A DNA stretch of 64,000 nt from IMG/VR virus record IMGVR_UViG_3300025030_000010, positions 1 to 64,000 of that record; one strand, 5' to 3'. Made by a program: the position numbers and the translations under genes. Of this stretch, positions 1-9,808 are shown piece after piece. Positions within the stretch are counted from its first letter, which is position 1; the number at the start of each line of letters is the position of its first letter. The DNA is from a virus. Below the pieces are notes generated by a model. That model saw only the letters and a program-made list of their open reading frames with translations, searched no databases and was not told where the DNA came from.

Positions 1-5
1 CCCCC

Positions 6-1475
6 GTGGACAAGATCAATAAAGTCCTCGCGGAGCGTTCTCTAGCCGAGTTCGTTCGACAGCTCTGGCCGTATATCGACCCGCATCCGTACGTTCATGG
101 GTGGCACATCGACGCAATATGCGAGCACATGGAAGCGGTCGTTAATGGCGACATCAAGCGAATTCTGATCAACATTCCGCCTCGTCACATGAAATCGATC
201 AGCATTTCCGTGGGATTATGCCCGTGGGCGTGGTTGAAGAAGCCCGCACTACAATTCTTATACAGTTCCTACGCTTCAGGATTGTCTATACGCGACGGAG
301 TGAAAGCTCGACGGGTAATTGACAGCCCCGTGTATAAAGCACGCTGGAAAGACAAATTTACGCTTACCTCTGACCAGAACACAAAGATTCGTTTCGACAA
401 CAAAGAAGGCGGCTACCGCATCTCGACCTCCGTCGATGGTATGACAACGGGCGAGGGCGGCGACATCATCGTAATTGACGACCCCAACAACGTTAAAGAA
501 ACCGAGTCGGATGTAACTCGAAATTCCACGAACTCATGGTTTGACGAAGTTATGCAGTCTCGTTTCAATGACCCGAAGACAGGCGCTCTCGTGGTCATTC
601 AGCAAAGAACGCACTCGAACGATCTTTCGGGACATATTTTGAAGAAGTACGGTACCGGAGAGTATTATCATTTGGTTCTTCCCGCAGAGTATGAGATAGG
701 TACCAAGAGTCGATCTTTCGGCGGGTGGGTTGATCCTAGAACTGAAGAAGGTGAACTTCTTTGGAAAGAGCGCTTCGGAGTTGACGAGGTGGCTAGGCTC
801 AAAGTAGCTCTCGGTGCCTATGCAGCAGCAGGACAGTTGCAACAGCGTCCTTCCCCTCGTGATGGGGGAATTGTTCCGATCAAAGCGTTTCAGCGATATG
901 TAAAACCGCCTTCTCAAGAAGAGATAATGCGTCTCTCTCTTGTATTTGATACCGCACAGAAAGACAAAGAGCTGAACGACTTCTCTGTTTGTCAGGTGTG
1001 GGCCGAGACTTCGCGGGGATACTATCTCCTATTTGTGTGGCGTAAAAAGGTTCTTTTCCCCGAACTCGAACGCATGGCAATCGCTCTTTGCGAAGAGTGG
1101 TGTCCCCACGAAGTAATCATCGAGGACAAATCGTCGGGTACCTCGCTGATACAGTGCTTGAAGGAGCGCACGAAGTTTCCGATTATCGGAGACGACCCAG
1201 GCTCACAAAGTAAAGTGCTGAGAATGGAGAACGAATCGACGCTGATCGAATCTGGCAAAGTCTACATACCCGACGATAAAGATTGTCCGCCGCCTTGGCT
1301 AGTAGACTTCGAGGAAGAGTGTCTTGTGTTTCCTAACGGCGAGCATGACGATCAGATCGACCCGATGTCCATGTATCTGAAGCGCGTTCGATTGAGAAGA
1401 CAAAGAGGACCTGTTATCGTTGCGCCGCAGATTGGCGGCGATCTGGAGAAACCTTGCGCTTTCGCTGGATGTTAG
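6..1475 (+). CDS. terL: Terminase large subunit (ATPase + RNase H-like nuclease); 5' end may lie outside the window
   Basis: Walker A-like NIPPRHMKS, Walker B GGDIIVIDDP, coupling motif QQRTH, nuclease acidic residues VFDTA, IEDKSSG, HDDQID. Confidence 0.95.
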   Translation: MDKINKVLAERSLAEFVRQLWPYIDPHPYVHGWHIDAICEHMEAVVNGDIKRILINIPPRHMKSISISVGLCPWAWLKKPALQFLYSSYASGLSIRDGVKARRVIDSPVYKARWKDKFTLTSDQNTKIRFDNKEGGYRISTSVDGMTTGEGGDIIVIDDPNNVKETESDVTRNSTNSWFDEVMQSRFNDPKTGALVVIQQRTHSNDLSGHILKKYGTGEYYHLVLPAEYEIGTKSRSFGGWVDPRTEEGELLWKERFGVDEVARLKVALGAYAAAGQLQQRPSPRDGGIVPIKAFQRYVKPPSQEEIMRLSLVFDTAQKDKELNDFSVCQVWAETSRGYYLLFVWRKKVLFPELERMAIALCEEWCPHEVIIEDKSSGTSLIQCLKERTKFPIIGDDPGSQSKVLRMENESTLIESGKVYIPDDKDCPPPWLVDFEEECLVFPNGEHDDQIDPMSMYLKRVRLRRQRGPVIVAPQIGGDLEKPCAFAGC

Positions 1476-1606
1476 GAGGCTCAGTTTGTGCGACTTCATA
1501 AATGCTTACTGTTGGAAGGAAAATGTCAAAGTCATGTGCGACAACACACCTCATGTTGCGTGCCGTACGCTGCGCGATGCTATCGAGAAAAATCAGGAGA
1601 AAGAAA

Positions 1607-2185
1607 ATGGCGACACTGAACGAAATCTTTCGGAGAATCATTCTAGCAAACGAACTGAGCGACAATCTGAAGTACGTTCACAGATTTAGCGATGCTGACG
1701 GTGTGCGCTCCGGAAAGTCCGGATACAGCTTCGGCATTTCTCAGTTCGATACGCAGAACAACGATCAGGCGTTGAAGTGTCTGAGAGAGTGCGGTTTCAC
1801 CGAAGCTGAAATCACAGGCATCGTGAAGCAGACGATTGACGTGAAGCCTCTTGCCGCACGTCTCGCTGCTCACGCCGACATTATCGCGAAGTATGACAGC
1901 GAGCAGTTGTCCTACTGTCTGAACAAGGCGATCAACTTCGACATCGATCACGGCATTCAGATTGCGAACGTTTCGGCAATGTTAGCCGGAGCCGATTACG
2001 TGAATCAGTACGGTTCACAGGGCAACGGCGCTCGTGCATACTACAAAGGGTTAGGGCGACCCATAACCGCTGAAGACGTGCTTCAATTCAAGTTGACGCA
2101 AACGAAGTACGGCAGAGAACATCCGGACGACTGCCACAGGCGCTATAACAATCTCGTTCGAATTTATAAAGAAATGACGAAGTAG
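1607..2185 (+). CDS. Putative endolysin (lysozyme-like fold)
   Basis: AGGAGA RBS before ATG 1607; N-terminal catalytic-like Glu (LANE) followed by SGYSFGISQFD (GxxQ hairpin of lysozyme-fold muramidases); followed by a small hydrophobic gene. Confidence 0.6.
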   Translation: MATLNEIFRRIILANELSDNLKYVHRFSDADGVRSGKSGYSFGISQFDTQNNDQALKCLRECGFTEAEITGIVKQTIDVKPLAARLAAHADIIAKYDSEQLSYCLNKAINFDIDHGIQIANVSAMLAGADYVNQYGSQGNGARAYYKGLGRPITAEDVLQFKLTQTKYGREHPDDCHRRYNNLVRIYKEMTK

Positions 2186-2214
2186 CACCACATCAACAGG
2201 AGGAGGAAATCAAA

Positions 2215-2397
2215 ATGGTAAGTTCGAGCACAGCAGCAACTCTTGTCGGCGTAGCCGTCGCAGCAGGCACCGCAGCACAGCCTGTCCTCAACGCAGTTCA
2301 GGGTACCATGAACACAGGCGACTGGACTAATCTCGCAGCCGCAGTGGGCATGGCGATCTTCGGCTGGTTCACCAGGTTCAAAACCAAAACCCCGTAG
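2215..2397 (+). CDS. Putative holin (small, two hydrophobic segments, basic C-terminus)
   Basis: Strong AGGAGGAGG RBS; 60 aa; hydrophobic stretches LVGVAVAAG and LAAAVGMAIFGWF; RFKTKTP tail; adjacent to the putative endolysin. Confidence 0.55.
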   Translation: MVSSSTAATLVGVAVAAGTAAQPVLNAVQGTMNTGDWTNLAAAVGMAIFGWFTRFKTKTP

Positions 2398-2433
2398 TAG
2401 ATTCACAAATCTCACAACCAACAGGAGATTACA

Positions 2434-2868
2434 TTGAAAAAAGAATTCATGATTAATGGAAGTTTGACAGTCGCACCCGCAGCAGTCGGAGCAATTCAGA
2501 TTTCTGTGCCTGCTGGCGGAGCGATAACTCTGAAATCACCCGTCTTCTCGTGTGACAAGATCACCGTGACTCTCGCGCTCGTAGAAGATGCCTCGTTCGC
2601 TGCTGCCGGAACTGTCATTGTTCCGAAAAGTAAGATCAGGGGACTCTCGACCGCATCGAGAGCAACTGTTAAAGCTATCACTGGCGCAGTGGTGGTCAAC
2701 GGCGGCGCAGTTGCGACACTCGAAGCTCTCACCGTTCAAGCGGTCGCAAACAACGTTCCGCTTTCCGGATGCTGGGTTCTACAGCCCGGCAAAAACTATC
2801 TCGTGACGATCACTAACAACAACGCTGCCGCAGCCGCAGTCGATTTCACGCTCAAGCTGGAGGAGTAA
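2434..2868 (+). CDS. Hypothetical beta-rich virion protein
   Basis: AGGAG RBS; Ala/Val/Thr-rich composition typical of virion decoration proteins. Confidence 0.5.
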   Translation: MKKEFMINGSLTVAPAAVGAIQISVPAGGAITLKSPVFSCDKITVTLALVEDASFAAAGTVIVPKSKIRGLSTASRATVKAITGAVVVNGGAVATLEALTVQAVANNVPLSGCWVLQPGKNYLVTITNNNAAAAAVDFTLKLEE

Positions 2869-2871
2869 TCG

Positions 2872-4167
2872 ATGCGGACAACTCCCGTAAGAAAATCTAA
2901 AGCCAATCTCTCAGAGGTTGGCTCAACAGGTCTTCGTGAGTTCGGCGGTCAGATCAATGAGGAGTTTCTTCGTCAACTTTCTGGCATAAAAGGACTCAAG
3001 ACTTTCGGAGAAATGCGCGACAACGATCCTACGATTGGCGCAATTCTCTTCGTTATCGACAAGCTGCTTCGCAACGTGAAGTGGAAAGCAGAACCTGCCA
3101 GCGCAGACCCTCGCGCTGTAGCTGAAGCTAACTTTCTCGCTGAGTGCAAAGATGATATGGAACACTCGTGGGAAGATACGATCAGCGAGATTCTGTCCAT
3201 GCTCACTTACGGCTTTGCGCCTCTTGAGAAAGTCTACAAGATACGCGCAGGAGTCGAAACAACGAACAAAAGCTTCTATAGCAAGTACAAAGACGGTCGC
3301 GTGGGCTGGAGGAAACTGCCCTTGCGAGCACAAGAGACGGTATGGGGTTGGAATCGTGACGCTGATGGTGACGTTGAGAGCTTAGAGCAGTTGCCTCCGT
3401 TCGGTCAGAAAGTCACCATTCCCGTATCGAAGCTCCTGCTTTTCAGGACCGTGAGTTACAAGAATAACCCGCAAGGGCGCAGCATTCTCAGAAACTCGTA
3501 TCGTCCGTGGCACTTCAAGAAGCGCATTGAAGAAATCGAGGGCATAGGCATCGAACGCGACTTGGCGGGTCTTCCCGTTGCTCACGTTCCGGCTAGTATG
3601 CTCTCGCCTAACGCATCGCCAGAAGAAAAAGCGACTCTCGCTGTTATCAGACAGATGGTAACTAGCATTCGTCGCGACACTCAAGAGGGTATCGTGTTCC
3701 CGCTTGTCTACGACTCGGACAAGAACCTGATGTATAAGCTTGAGTTGCTGAACTCGGGTGGAGCAAGACAGTTCGACACTAGCCAGATTGTTGACAGATA
3801 CGACAAGCGCATAGCCATGACCGTGCTTGCCGACTTCATCTTTCTGGGTCAGAGTAAAGTCGGCTCCTTCGCACTGTCGAGCGATAAAACCGATATGTTT
3901 GCAGCCAGTCTCGGTGCATGGCTGAACGACATCGCGGCAGTGTTCAACAGAGACGCAGTGCCGCAACTCATGAAGCTCAATAGCGTTCCGCCTGAGTTTT
4001 GGCCGAAGCTTGTTCCTGGCGACATCGAGAAAGCGGACATCACGAAGTTTGCCGACGCCGTGTCCAAACTGCTTCTCTGCGGTGCTCTTCTTCCGAGCGA
4101 TGATCTTAACGATAAAAGCAGGGTCATGTTGGAACTTCCGCTTGTTGAGTCAGACGGTAACAGCTAA
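2872..4167 (+). CDS. Portal protein (DUF935/Mu gp29-like)
   Basis: Position after terminase; motifs MLTYGFAPLEKVY, NPQGRSILRNSYRPW, GIERDLAGLP, GSFALS. Confidence 0.9.
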   Translation: MRTTPVRKSKANLSEVGSTGLREFGGQINEEFLRQLSGIKGLKTFGEMRDNDPTIGAILFVIDKLLRNVKWKAEPASADPRAVAEANFLAECKDDMEHSWEDTISEILSMLTYGFAPLEKVYKIRAGVETTNKSFYSKYKDGRVGWRKLPLRAQETVWGWNRDADGDVESLEQLPPFGQKVTIPVSKLLLFRTVSYKNNPQGRSILRNSYRPWHFKKRIEEIEGIGIERDLAGLPVAHVPASMLSPNASPEEKATLAVIRQMVTSIRRDTQEGIVFPLVYDSDKNLMYKLELLNSGGARQFDTSQIVDRYDKRIAMTVLADFIFLGQSKVGSFALSSDKTDMFAASLGAWLNDIAAVFNRDAVPQLMKLNSVPPEFWPKLVPGDIEKADITKFADAVSKLLLCGALLPSDDLNDKSRVMLELPLVESDGNS

Positions 4168-5177
4168 TGACGAAGCGCGAAGCAGCAATAGCGGCAATTC
4201 TCGCTGCCGCTGATGGAAACACGTCAAAAATGAAAGCTGCTTTCTTAGCTGCGATAGACGAGCTTAGATTGAATCTCGTTGACTCAGTAGCTCTGGAAGC
4301 AGCTCTTGCCGTGGGTGACATCGAAGCAGCAATAGCGGCAACGCACATCGATGATCTTGAGAATCTTTTCTTCGGAATCGGCATGTCGAATAATGCCTAC
4401 GTTCTGAATGACGAGATGATCAGAGTGTTTGGCATCGGTGCAGCTACCGCGCTGTCGAATCTACCAGAAGCTCTGCAAAAGGCACTAAGTTTCAATCTGC
4501 TGAACGAGAGAGCTGTCAACATCATGCGTCGAGAAGGCGCAGATATGATATCGAATCTGACAGCAAGCAGCAAAGCGGGCGTGAGAGCGATCATGGAACG
4601 CTCGATAGCCGACGGAAGAAATCCAGTCAAGCAAGTTCAAGAAGTCAGACAGCTAATCGGTTTGACTCCGAACTCTGCTCAGGCTGTTTTCAACTTCAGA
4701 AGACAGCTCGAAGAGCAACGCACTCTCGGGTTCAAAGCTCCTGGCGATAGGCGTCTCAGCGCAATAGAGCGCTCGGTTGTAAATCGTCACATGAAAGAAG
4801 GACATCTGACCGATGCTCAAATCGACTCGATGGTTGAGCGATACTTTCAAAGTCTGCTGAACAAAAGAGCCAAAGATGTAGCTCGCACTGAAGCACTGAA
4901 TGCCATTAACAACGGGCAGCTTGAAATGTGGGAGCAAGCTAGGGATGCGGGGTATCTGGACGACGAAGAAGATCGGATGTTCTGGATAGTCACTCATGAC
5001 GATAAGCTCAGAGCGACACACGCTGCAATCCCAGGCATGAACCCGTACGGAGTCAAAATAGGCTCGTTGTTTCTTACACCTTTTGGACTCGTGAGAGGCC
5101 CAGGCGACAGAAATGTAAACTTGATCAACTGTAGATGCGTTTTAGTGATTGGTAGATTCGGAGAAACAATAACCTAA
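4167..5177 (+). CDS. Head morphogenesis protein (SPP1 gp7/Mu gpF family)
   Basis: RAKDVARTE, W...DDKLRATH, NCRC C-terminal motif; follows portal. Confidence 0.85.
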   Translation: MTKREAAIAAILAAADGNTSKMKAAFLAAIDELRLNLVDSVALEAALAVGDIEAAIAATHIDDLENLFFGIGMSNNAYVLNDEMIRVFGIGAATALSNLPEALQKALSFNLLNERAVNIMRREGADMISNLTASSKAGVRAIMERSIADGRNPVKQVQEVRQLIGLTPNSAQAVFNFRRQLEEQRTLGFKAPGDRRLSAIERSVVNRHMKEGHLTDAQIDSMVERYFQSLLNKRAKDVARTEALNAINNGQLEMWEQARDAGYLDDEEDRMFWIVTHDDKLRATHAAIPGMNPYGVKIGSLFLTPFGLVRGPGDRNVNLINCRCVLVIGRFGETIT

Positions 5178-5184
5178 GGAGAAT

Positions 5185-5592
5185 GTGACAGCCATGGCAA
5201 TAGCTCAGGTAATTTTTAAAGGGGAATTTTCTAAGGTTGACAAAGTTCACAAAGTCGCGTATGGGTGGGCATACGTTACCGAGAGCGATGCGACAACGGT
5301 TGTAGACCACTCAGGCGACACTTGGGACATCGCTCAAGTCGAGAAGACCGCTCACCAGTTTGTGTGCGATTGTCGAGTCGGCGGAGAGAGTCATGTCTTC
5401 AAAGGCGGAGCAGAGCTTGTCGAGTCGCTTGTCTTTTCGAAGGCGGTACAAGAAGCACTCGGCATCGATTTGAAGAAGCAGGGCTGGTTCGTCGGTTTCA
5501 AAATCACGGACGAGACTCTGCTTGAGAAGATTGAAAAAGGCGAGCTTTCGATGTTCAGCATCGGTGGCAACGGAAACAGGGAGGCGATTTAA
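5185..5592 (+). CDS. XkdF-like prohead serine protease
   Basis: AYGWAYV...VVDHSGD, GWFVGFKI, IEKGELSMFSIGG motifs. Confidence 0.75.
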   Translation: MTAMAIAQVIFKGEFSKVDKVHKVAYGWAYVTESDATTVVDHSGDTWDIAQVEKTAHQFVCDCRVGGESHVFKGGAELVESLVFSKAVQEALGIDLKKQGWFVGFKITDETLLEKIEKGELSMFSIGGNGNREAI

Positions 5593-6635
5593 TGCGGACT
5601 AAAGGTAAGGCGACTCACAAACTCAGTGACGTTGTTCTCGATGAAATCTCGTTCGTTGGCAAGGGCGACAACCCTGAAGCGCATGTTCTGCTGCTGAAGA
5701 TCAAGAAAGACAAAGGAAAGCAATCCATCGTCGCCCTGGGTAAAGAGTTCGGCGGTGAAGCGAAAGAAATCGCACTGAAAGAGTGGTTCGACGGCGCCGC
5801 GGGTACTATCCTGAAAGACGCCATGACCTTCGATCAGATCATTAGCAACCAGGAGATTAAGAGCAAAGTGTGGACTCTGGTTTACACGCTCGAAGACTCC
5901 ATCTCCTCTATCATGAACGATAGTGACGTAACCGACAAAGCATCCATGATTCAACAGAGTGTCGATGAATTCAAAGCAGCAATAACCCCAATCGCAAAAC
6001 AAGGAGGAGCAGAAATGCCCGCAGAGCTGAAGAAGAAATTGGAAGAAACTGAGGCAACTGTCGCCACGCTGAAGTCGGAGAAATCCGCACTTGAAGCGGA
6101 GATCGTCACCCTGAAAGCCGCTCCGAAAGCGGGCGACAAGTGCCCCACCTGCGGCGCTGTGAAGAAAGAAGCCGACGGCATCGACAAGTCGGCCCTCCCC
6201 GAAGCTGTGCGCAAGCAGCTCGAAACTCAGGAGCAGGACATCAAGAAGCAGGCTGAGGACATCGCGAAGATGAAAGACGAAGGTCTTACTCGCGAGTACG
6301 TTGCCAAAGCTGTCGAAGTTGGCGCAATAGGCAAATCCGACGAAATCGGCACTCTGCTCAAGGACATCGCGAAACACGACAGCGCCCTGGCTGTCAAAGT
6401 CTTCGACGTGCTGAAAGGCGCAGACACGAAGATTCGCACTGGCGGCCTGTTCACGGAACTCGGCAAAGAAGAAGGCAAAGGCGGAGCATCTGCTTACGAC
6501 ATGATCGTTCAGAAAGCCTCCGAGCTGCGCAAGACCTGCCCGGAACTCAGCGAAGCTCAGGCGTTCACCAAAGTCTACGACACGGATCACGACCTGCGCA
6601 ATCAGCACCTGGCCGAGACTCGCAAGAGCAAGTAA
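5592..6635 (+). CDS. Protease C-terminal segment / capsid scaffolding protein
   Basis: N-terminal LDEISFVGKGDNPEA (protease C-terminal-type motif), long coiled coil, ELGK..G, position before capsid genes; internal AGGAGG RBS + ATG at 6015. Confidence 0.7.
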   Translation: MRTKGKATHKLSDVVLDEISFVGKGDNPEAHVLLLKIKKDKGKQSIVALGKEFGGEAKEIALKEWFDGAAGTILKDAMTFDQIISNQEIKSKVWTLVYTLEDSISSIMNDSDVTDKASMIQQSVDEFKAAITPIAKQGGAEMPAELKKKLEETEATVATLKSEKSALEAEIVTLKAAPKAGDKCPTCGAVKKEADGIDKSALPEAVRKQLETQEQDIKKQAEDIAKMKDEGLTREYVAKAVEVGAIGKSDEIGTLLKDIAKHDSALAVKVFDVLKGADTKIRTGGLFTELGKEEGKGGASAYDMIVQKASELRKTCPELSEAQAFTKVYDTDHDLRNQHLAETRKSK

Positions 6636-6686
6636 CTCTCAACCTGCAACAGTCACATAAAACCGAAACGAGGAGGAAGAACAAAA

Positions 6687-7067
6687 ATGGCAACTGAACA
6701 ACCGCTCTTTAAAGTCGGCACTCTTAAAGCCGCCGCCGATCTTTCCGCAAAGCAGTATCGCTGCTTGAAGGTCACCGCGGACGAAACTCTCAACATCGCA
6801 ACCGCTGCCGGGGAGAACATCTTCGGCGTGCTTCAGGACAAGCCTCTGGCAGGCGCACCCTGCGAAATGATGTGCATCGGCATCACCAAGCTCGTTATCG
6901 GAGCCGGCGGTCTTGCCGCAGGTGCAATCTGGGAAACCGCTGCTGACGGCTCCGGCATCACCGTAGCGGCAGCCAAAGTCGGCCTCGGTACCGTAATCAA
7001 GGGTGGCGCTGCCGGAGAACTGGCAACCGTTTCCATCGGCTTCGCTCAGGGTGCAACAATTCCGTAA
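6687..7067 (+). CDS. Capsid cement/decoration protein (DUF2190-like)
   Basis: AADLSAKQY, GVLQDKP, Gly/Ala-rich, immediately upstream of the major capsid gene. Confidence 0.7.
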   Translation: MATEQPLFKVGTLKAAADLSAKQYRCLKVTADETLNIATAAGENIFGVLQDKPLAGAPCEMMCIGITKLVIGAGGLAAGAIWETAADGSGITVAAAKVGLGTVIKGGAAGELATVSIGFAQGATIP

Positions 7068-7123
7068 CCTTTAACTTTTCACTAGATAAACAACGTCAAA
7101 ACAATTTAACGGAGGATTTAAAC

Positions 7124-8086
7124 ATGCCGCAACCGACCCCTAGTGATGTGCATATCGACGCAGCGTTGACAAACGTTTCCGTCGCCTATGTGCAGGACGC
7201 ATCCAACTTCATCGCCGACAAGGTGTTCCCTTGCATCCCTGTCAGCAAGCAGTCCGGCAAATACTGGAAGTACGAGAAGGGTGCCTTCTTTCGCGACGAA
7301 GCGAAACGCCGTGCGCCTGGTACCGAATCCGCTGGTGGCGGGTACAAGCTCGGCACCGACGGGTACTACTGCGAGAAGTGGGCCTTCCACAAAGACGTGG
7401 ATGACGATACGGTCGCGAACAGCGATGCCGGAATCGACCCGTTCCGCGATGCAGCTACCTTCTGCATGAACACTCTGCTCATTCGTCGCGAGCGTCTGTT
7501 CATGGACGAGTTCATGAAAACGGGCGTCTGGGGCACCGATGATGTCGGCGGTGTCAACTTCGGCCAGTGGGACGATGAAGTAGCGTCCGACCCGAACGAT
7601 GATGTCAAGCGTGCCCGTCTCAAGATTCTCGGCAGCACGGGCTATCGCCCCAACACTCTGGTCGTGGACATCTTCACCCACGAAGCGCTCAAGAAGCACC
7701 CGCTTATCCAGGCGAAATTTGCCTACTCGAACGCCGCTTCGATCACCACCGCCATGTTGGCGGCGTACTTCGAGGTTGACAACTACTACATCTCGCAGGC
7801 TATCTTCACCGCCAGCGACGAGACGGTAGTAAACCCTGTCATGCAGTTCGTAGCGCCGAAATGCGCTCTGCTCTGCTACAGCGTGAAAACCCCGTCGCTG
7901 CTCCAGCCGACCGCTGGCTACACCATGACCTGGGCCGGCCTGACTGGTCTGAACAACATGGGCATCACGACCAAGCGTTTCCGGATGGAGAACATCGAGT
8001 CCGAGCGCGTCGAGAACCAGTTGTCCATCGAACTGAAGCTGGTCGCCGCCGACATGGGCTACTTCTTCTCCGGCACCGTGAGCTAG
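7124..8086 (+). CDS. Major capsid protein (HK97 fold, lambda gpE-like)
   Basis: HIDAALTNVSVAY, FIADKVFP..PV.KQSGKY, WDD..SDP, PNTLV; strongly C-ending codon usage; followed by a hairpin. Confidence 0.9.
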   Translation: MPQPTPSDVHIDAALTNVSVAYVQDASNFIADKVFPCIPVSKQSGKYWKYEKGAFFRDEAKRRAPGTESAGGGYKLGTDGYYCEKWAFHKDVDDDTVANSDAGIDPFRDAATFCMNTLLIRRERLFMDEFMKTGVWGTDDVGGVNFGQWDDEVASDPNDDVKRARLKILGSTGYRPNTLVVDIFTHEALKKHPLIQAKFAYSNAASITTAMLAAYFEVDNYYISQAIFTASDETVVNPVMQFVAPKCALLCYSVKTPSLLQPTAGYTMTWAGLTGLNNMGITTKRFRMENIESERVENQLSIELKLVAADMGYFFSGTVS

Positions 8087-8096
8087 ACTCACTAAA

Positions 8097-8124
8097 ATAG
8101 CGGACCTCTTCGGGGGTCCGCTAT
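8097..8124 (+). terminator. Stable cUUCGg hairpin after the capsid gene (terminator or mRNA stabiliser; no U tract)
   Basis: ATAGCGGACCTC-TTCG-GGGGTCCGCTAT. Confidence 0.6.
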
Positions 8125-8146
8125 ACCTCAAAGGAGGTGACTTAAC

Positions 8147-8500
8147 ATGCGGCAATACAATGGTGAATATGGAGGGAGAGTGTTACACCCGTTTAAAGGT
8201 GCGGGTACTTCGTTTATTCGAGGCGCTGTTCTTTCCGCTGAACTCGTGTCCGAATGGCCCTTAGCAAACAGACGTGCTCTGCATGATGCGGGCAGAGTCG
8301 AATGGTTCGGTGCTCCTAACGAAGAAGAAACCGAAGCGCGTGAAGAAGGCGCTGCTACGAAGAAAGAGAAGAAGGAAACGACTCCTCGGGCTCCGAGGGC
8401 ACCCCGCGCTAAGAAAGCAAAGAAGGCGTCCGTCGTAGTCGAGAAAGTCGAAGCAGCTCCCGCAGCAAAACCCGCGAAGCGCGGCGGCAGAACAAAATAA
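8147..8500 (+). CDS. Hypothetical protein with basic low-complexity C-terminus
   Basis: AGGAGG RBS; ends PAAKPAKRGGRTK. Confidence 0.6.
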   Translation: MRQYNGEYGGRVLHPFKGAGTSFIRGAVLSAELVSEWPLANRRALHDAGRVEWFGAPNEEETEAREEGAATKKEKKETTPRAPRAPRAKKAKKASVVVEKVEAAPAAKPAKRGGRTK

Positions 8501-8521
8501 ATTGAGGAGGTGATTTAAGAT

Positions 8522-8983
8522 ATGGGAAGACTCACTGGTTTAGTCAAGCGCAATCGCGGCAAACACGCCTACGACTCTCTCTTTCTGAACGGACTTGAAA
8601 TTCCGTGTGAGCTGTCCTTCAGCATTGCACAGAACGCAACTCAGTTCGGAACCGAGGTCGAGATTTCCGTTTGCAATAAGGACGGCATTGTTATCCCCGG
8701 CGTCCACACTCTCGACGTGTATCTCAGCGATACCGTCAACGGCGTAGGCGTTACTGCCGTTGACCCCTTCGGCGCCGTAACGGCGAAAGCGGCATCCGGC
8801 ACCGTTCTCGGAATTCTGACTGCGAAGAAAGCTTTCAGAGTTACGACACTGGCGACTGGCAAATTCACACTTCAGATCATTGACGATGTGACTCCCGTTT
8901 TTCTTTACGTTGCAGCAAGCATCCCGAGCCTGGGGCTTGTTCAAGTTTCTCGCAAGACGGTCGCGGGCGACTACAAGCCGTAA
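8522..8983 (+). CDS. Hypothetical virion (head fibre/decoration) protein
   Basis: GAGGAGG RBS; beta-rich; lies in the head module. Confidence 0.55.
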   Translation: MGRLTGLVKRNRGKHAYDSLFLNGLEIPCELSFSIAQNATQFGTEVEISVCNKDGIVIPGVHTLDVYLSDTVNGVGVTAVDPFGAVTAKAASGTVLGILTAKKAFRVTTLATGKFTLQIIDDVTPVFLYVAASIPSLGLVQVSRKTVAGDYKP

Positions 8984-9009
8984 CATCGACAGCAGCATTT
9001 ATTCATGAC

Positions 9010-9040
9010 AGAGACGCGGTTACTCGCCGCGTCTCTTTTT
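9010..9040 (+). terminator. Rho-independent terminator
   Basis: AGAGACGCGG-ttactcg-CCGCGTCTCT followed by TTTT. Confidence 0.75.
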
Positions 9041-9056
9041 AAGCAAGGAGTTGACA

Positions 9057-9443
9057 ATGGCGTGGACATATTCTGGTAACCCTAGCGCAAGTAGCAAAGA
9101 CGCAGTTCGATTTCTTGTCGGGGATACTCAGGCAGAAGCGCCTTTAGCTCAGGACGAAGAGATAACGTGGGCGCTGACAGAGAACCCTAATATTTACGCT
9201 GCTGCTGCTCAAATCGCTAGTTCCATTGCGATTTACTTCGCGACTCAGGCACAGTCGATCAAGATCGGCCCACTGACTGAACAATACACTTCGAGAGCCA
9301 AAGACTATCGAGATTTAACCTTAACTTTGAAAACAAAGGCCACTGAAAGACAGGGCCTCAACATATACGCTGGTGGAATAGAAGATCGTAGTCCAATCGA
9401 GAATCTTTCTGTCGGAATGCACGATAACAACGGGAGTGACTAA
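9057..9443 (+). CDS. Head-tail adaptor
   Basis: MAWTYSGNP...DAVRFLVGDT...DEEI motif; position in neck module. Confidence 0.75.
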   Translation: MAWTYSGNPSASSKDAVRFLVGDTQAEAPLAQDEEITWALTENPNIYAAAAQIASSIAIYFATQAQSIKIGPLTEQYTSRAKDYRDLTLTLKTKATERQGLNIYAGGIEDRSPIENLSVGMHDNNGSD

Positions 9444-9805
9444 TGGGCTTCTACGAGCAACGTGCCGCTTCCGCACTTCGACTGATTAAGAAGTACGGCA
9501 TGACAATGACAGTGAGGCGAGTCACCAAAGGCGAGTATAACAGCGAAGCGGGCGAAAGAGCCGCGGATGTTGTGCTTTCGCTAGACGGAAAAGGCATCAT
9601 TGAGGAATACGAGACAAAAGAGATTGACGGCACACTGATTCAAGCAGGGGATAGAAAGATCATTCTCGCTGCTTCAGGTCTTGCAATTCGCCCCAAGAAG
9701 GGCGATCTTCTCGTTATCGACGGCGCAATCAGTCAGATCGTAAAGAACAAACCGACTTCACCTGGCGGAGTAGACATAATTCACAATCTTCAGATAAGGG
9801 ATTAA
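9443..9805 (+). CDS. Head closure / head-tail joining protein
   Basis: ALRLIKKYG, IDGTLIQAGDRK, PKKGD motifs. Confidence 0.7.
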   Translation: MGFYEQRAASALRLIKKYGMTMTVRRVTKGEYNSEAGERAADVVLSLDGKGIIEEYETKEIDGTLIQAGDRKIILAASGLAIRPKKGDLLVIDGAISQIVKNKPTSPGGVDIIHNLQIRD

Positions 9806-9808
9806 ATC

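Noticed and set aside
5589-8155. Long antisense ORFs (5589-6608, 7118-8155; similarly 46022-46990 and 49955-50851)
   Set aside because: Shadow ORFs opposite strongly codon-biased genes; no RBS or recognisable motifs.
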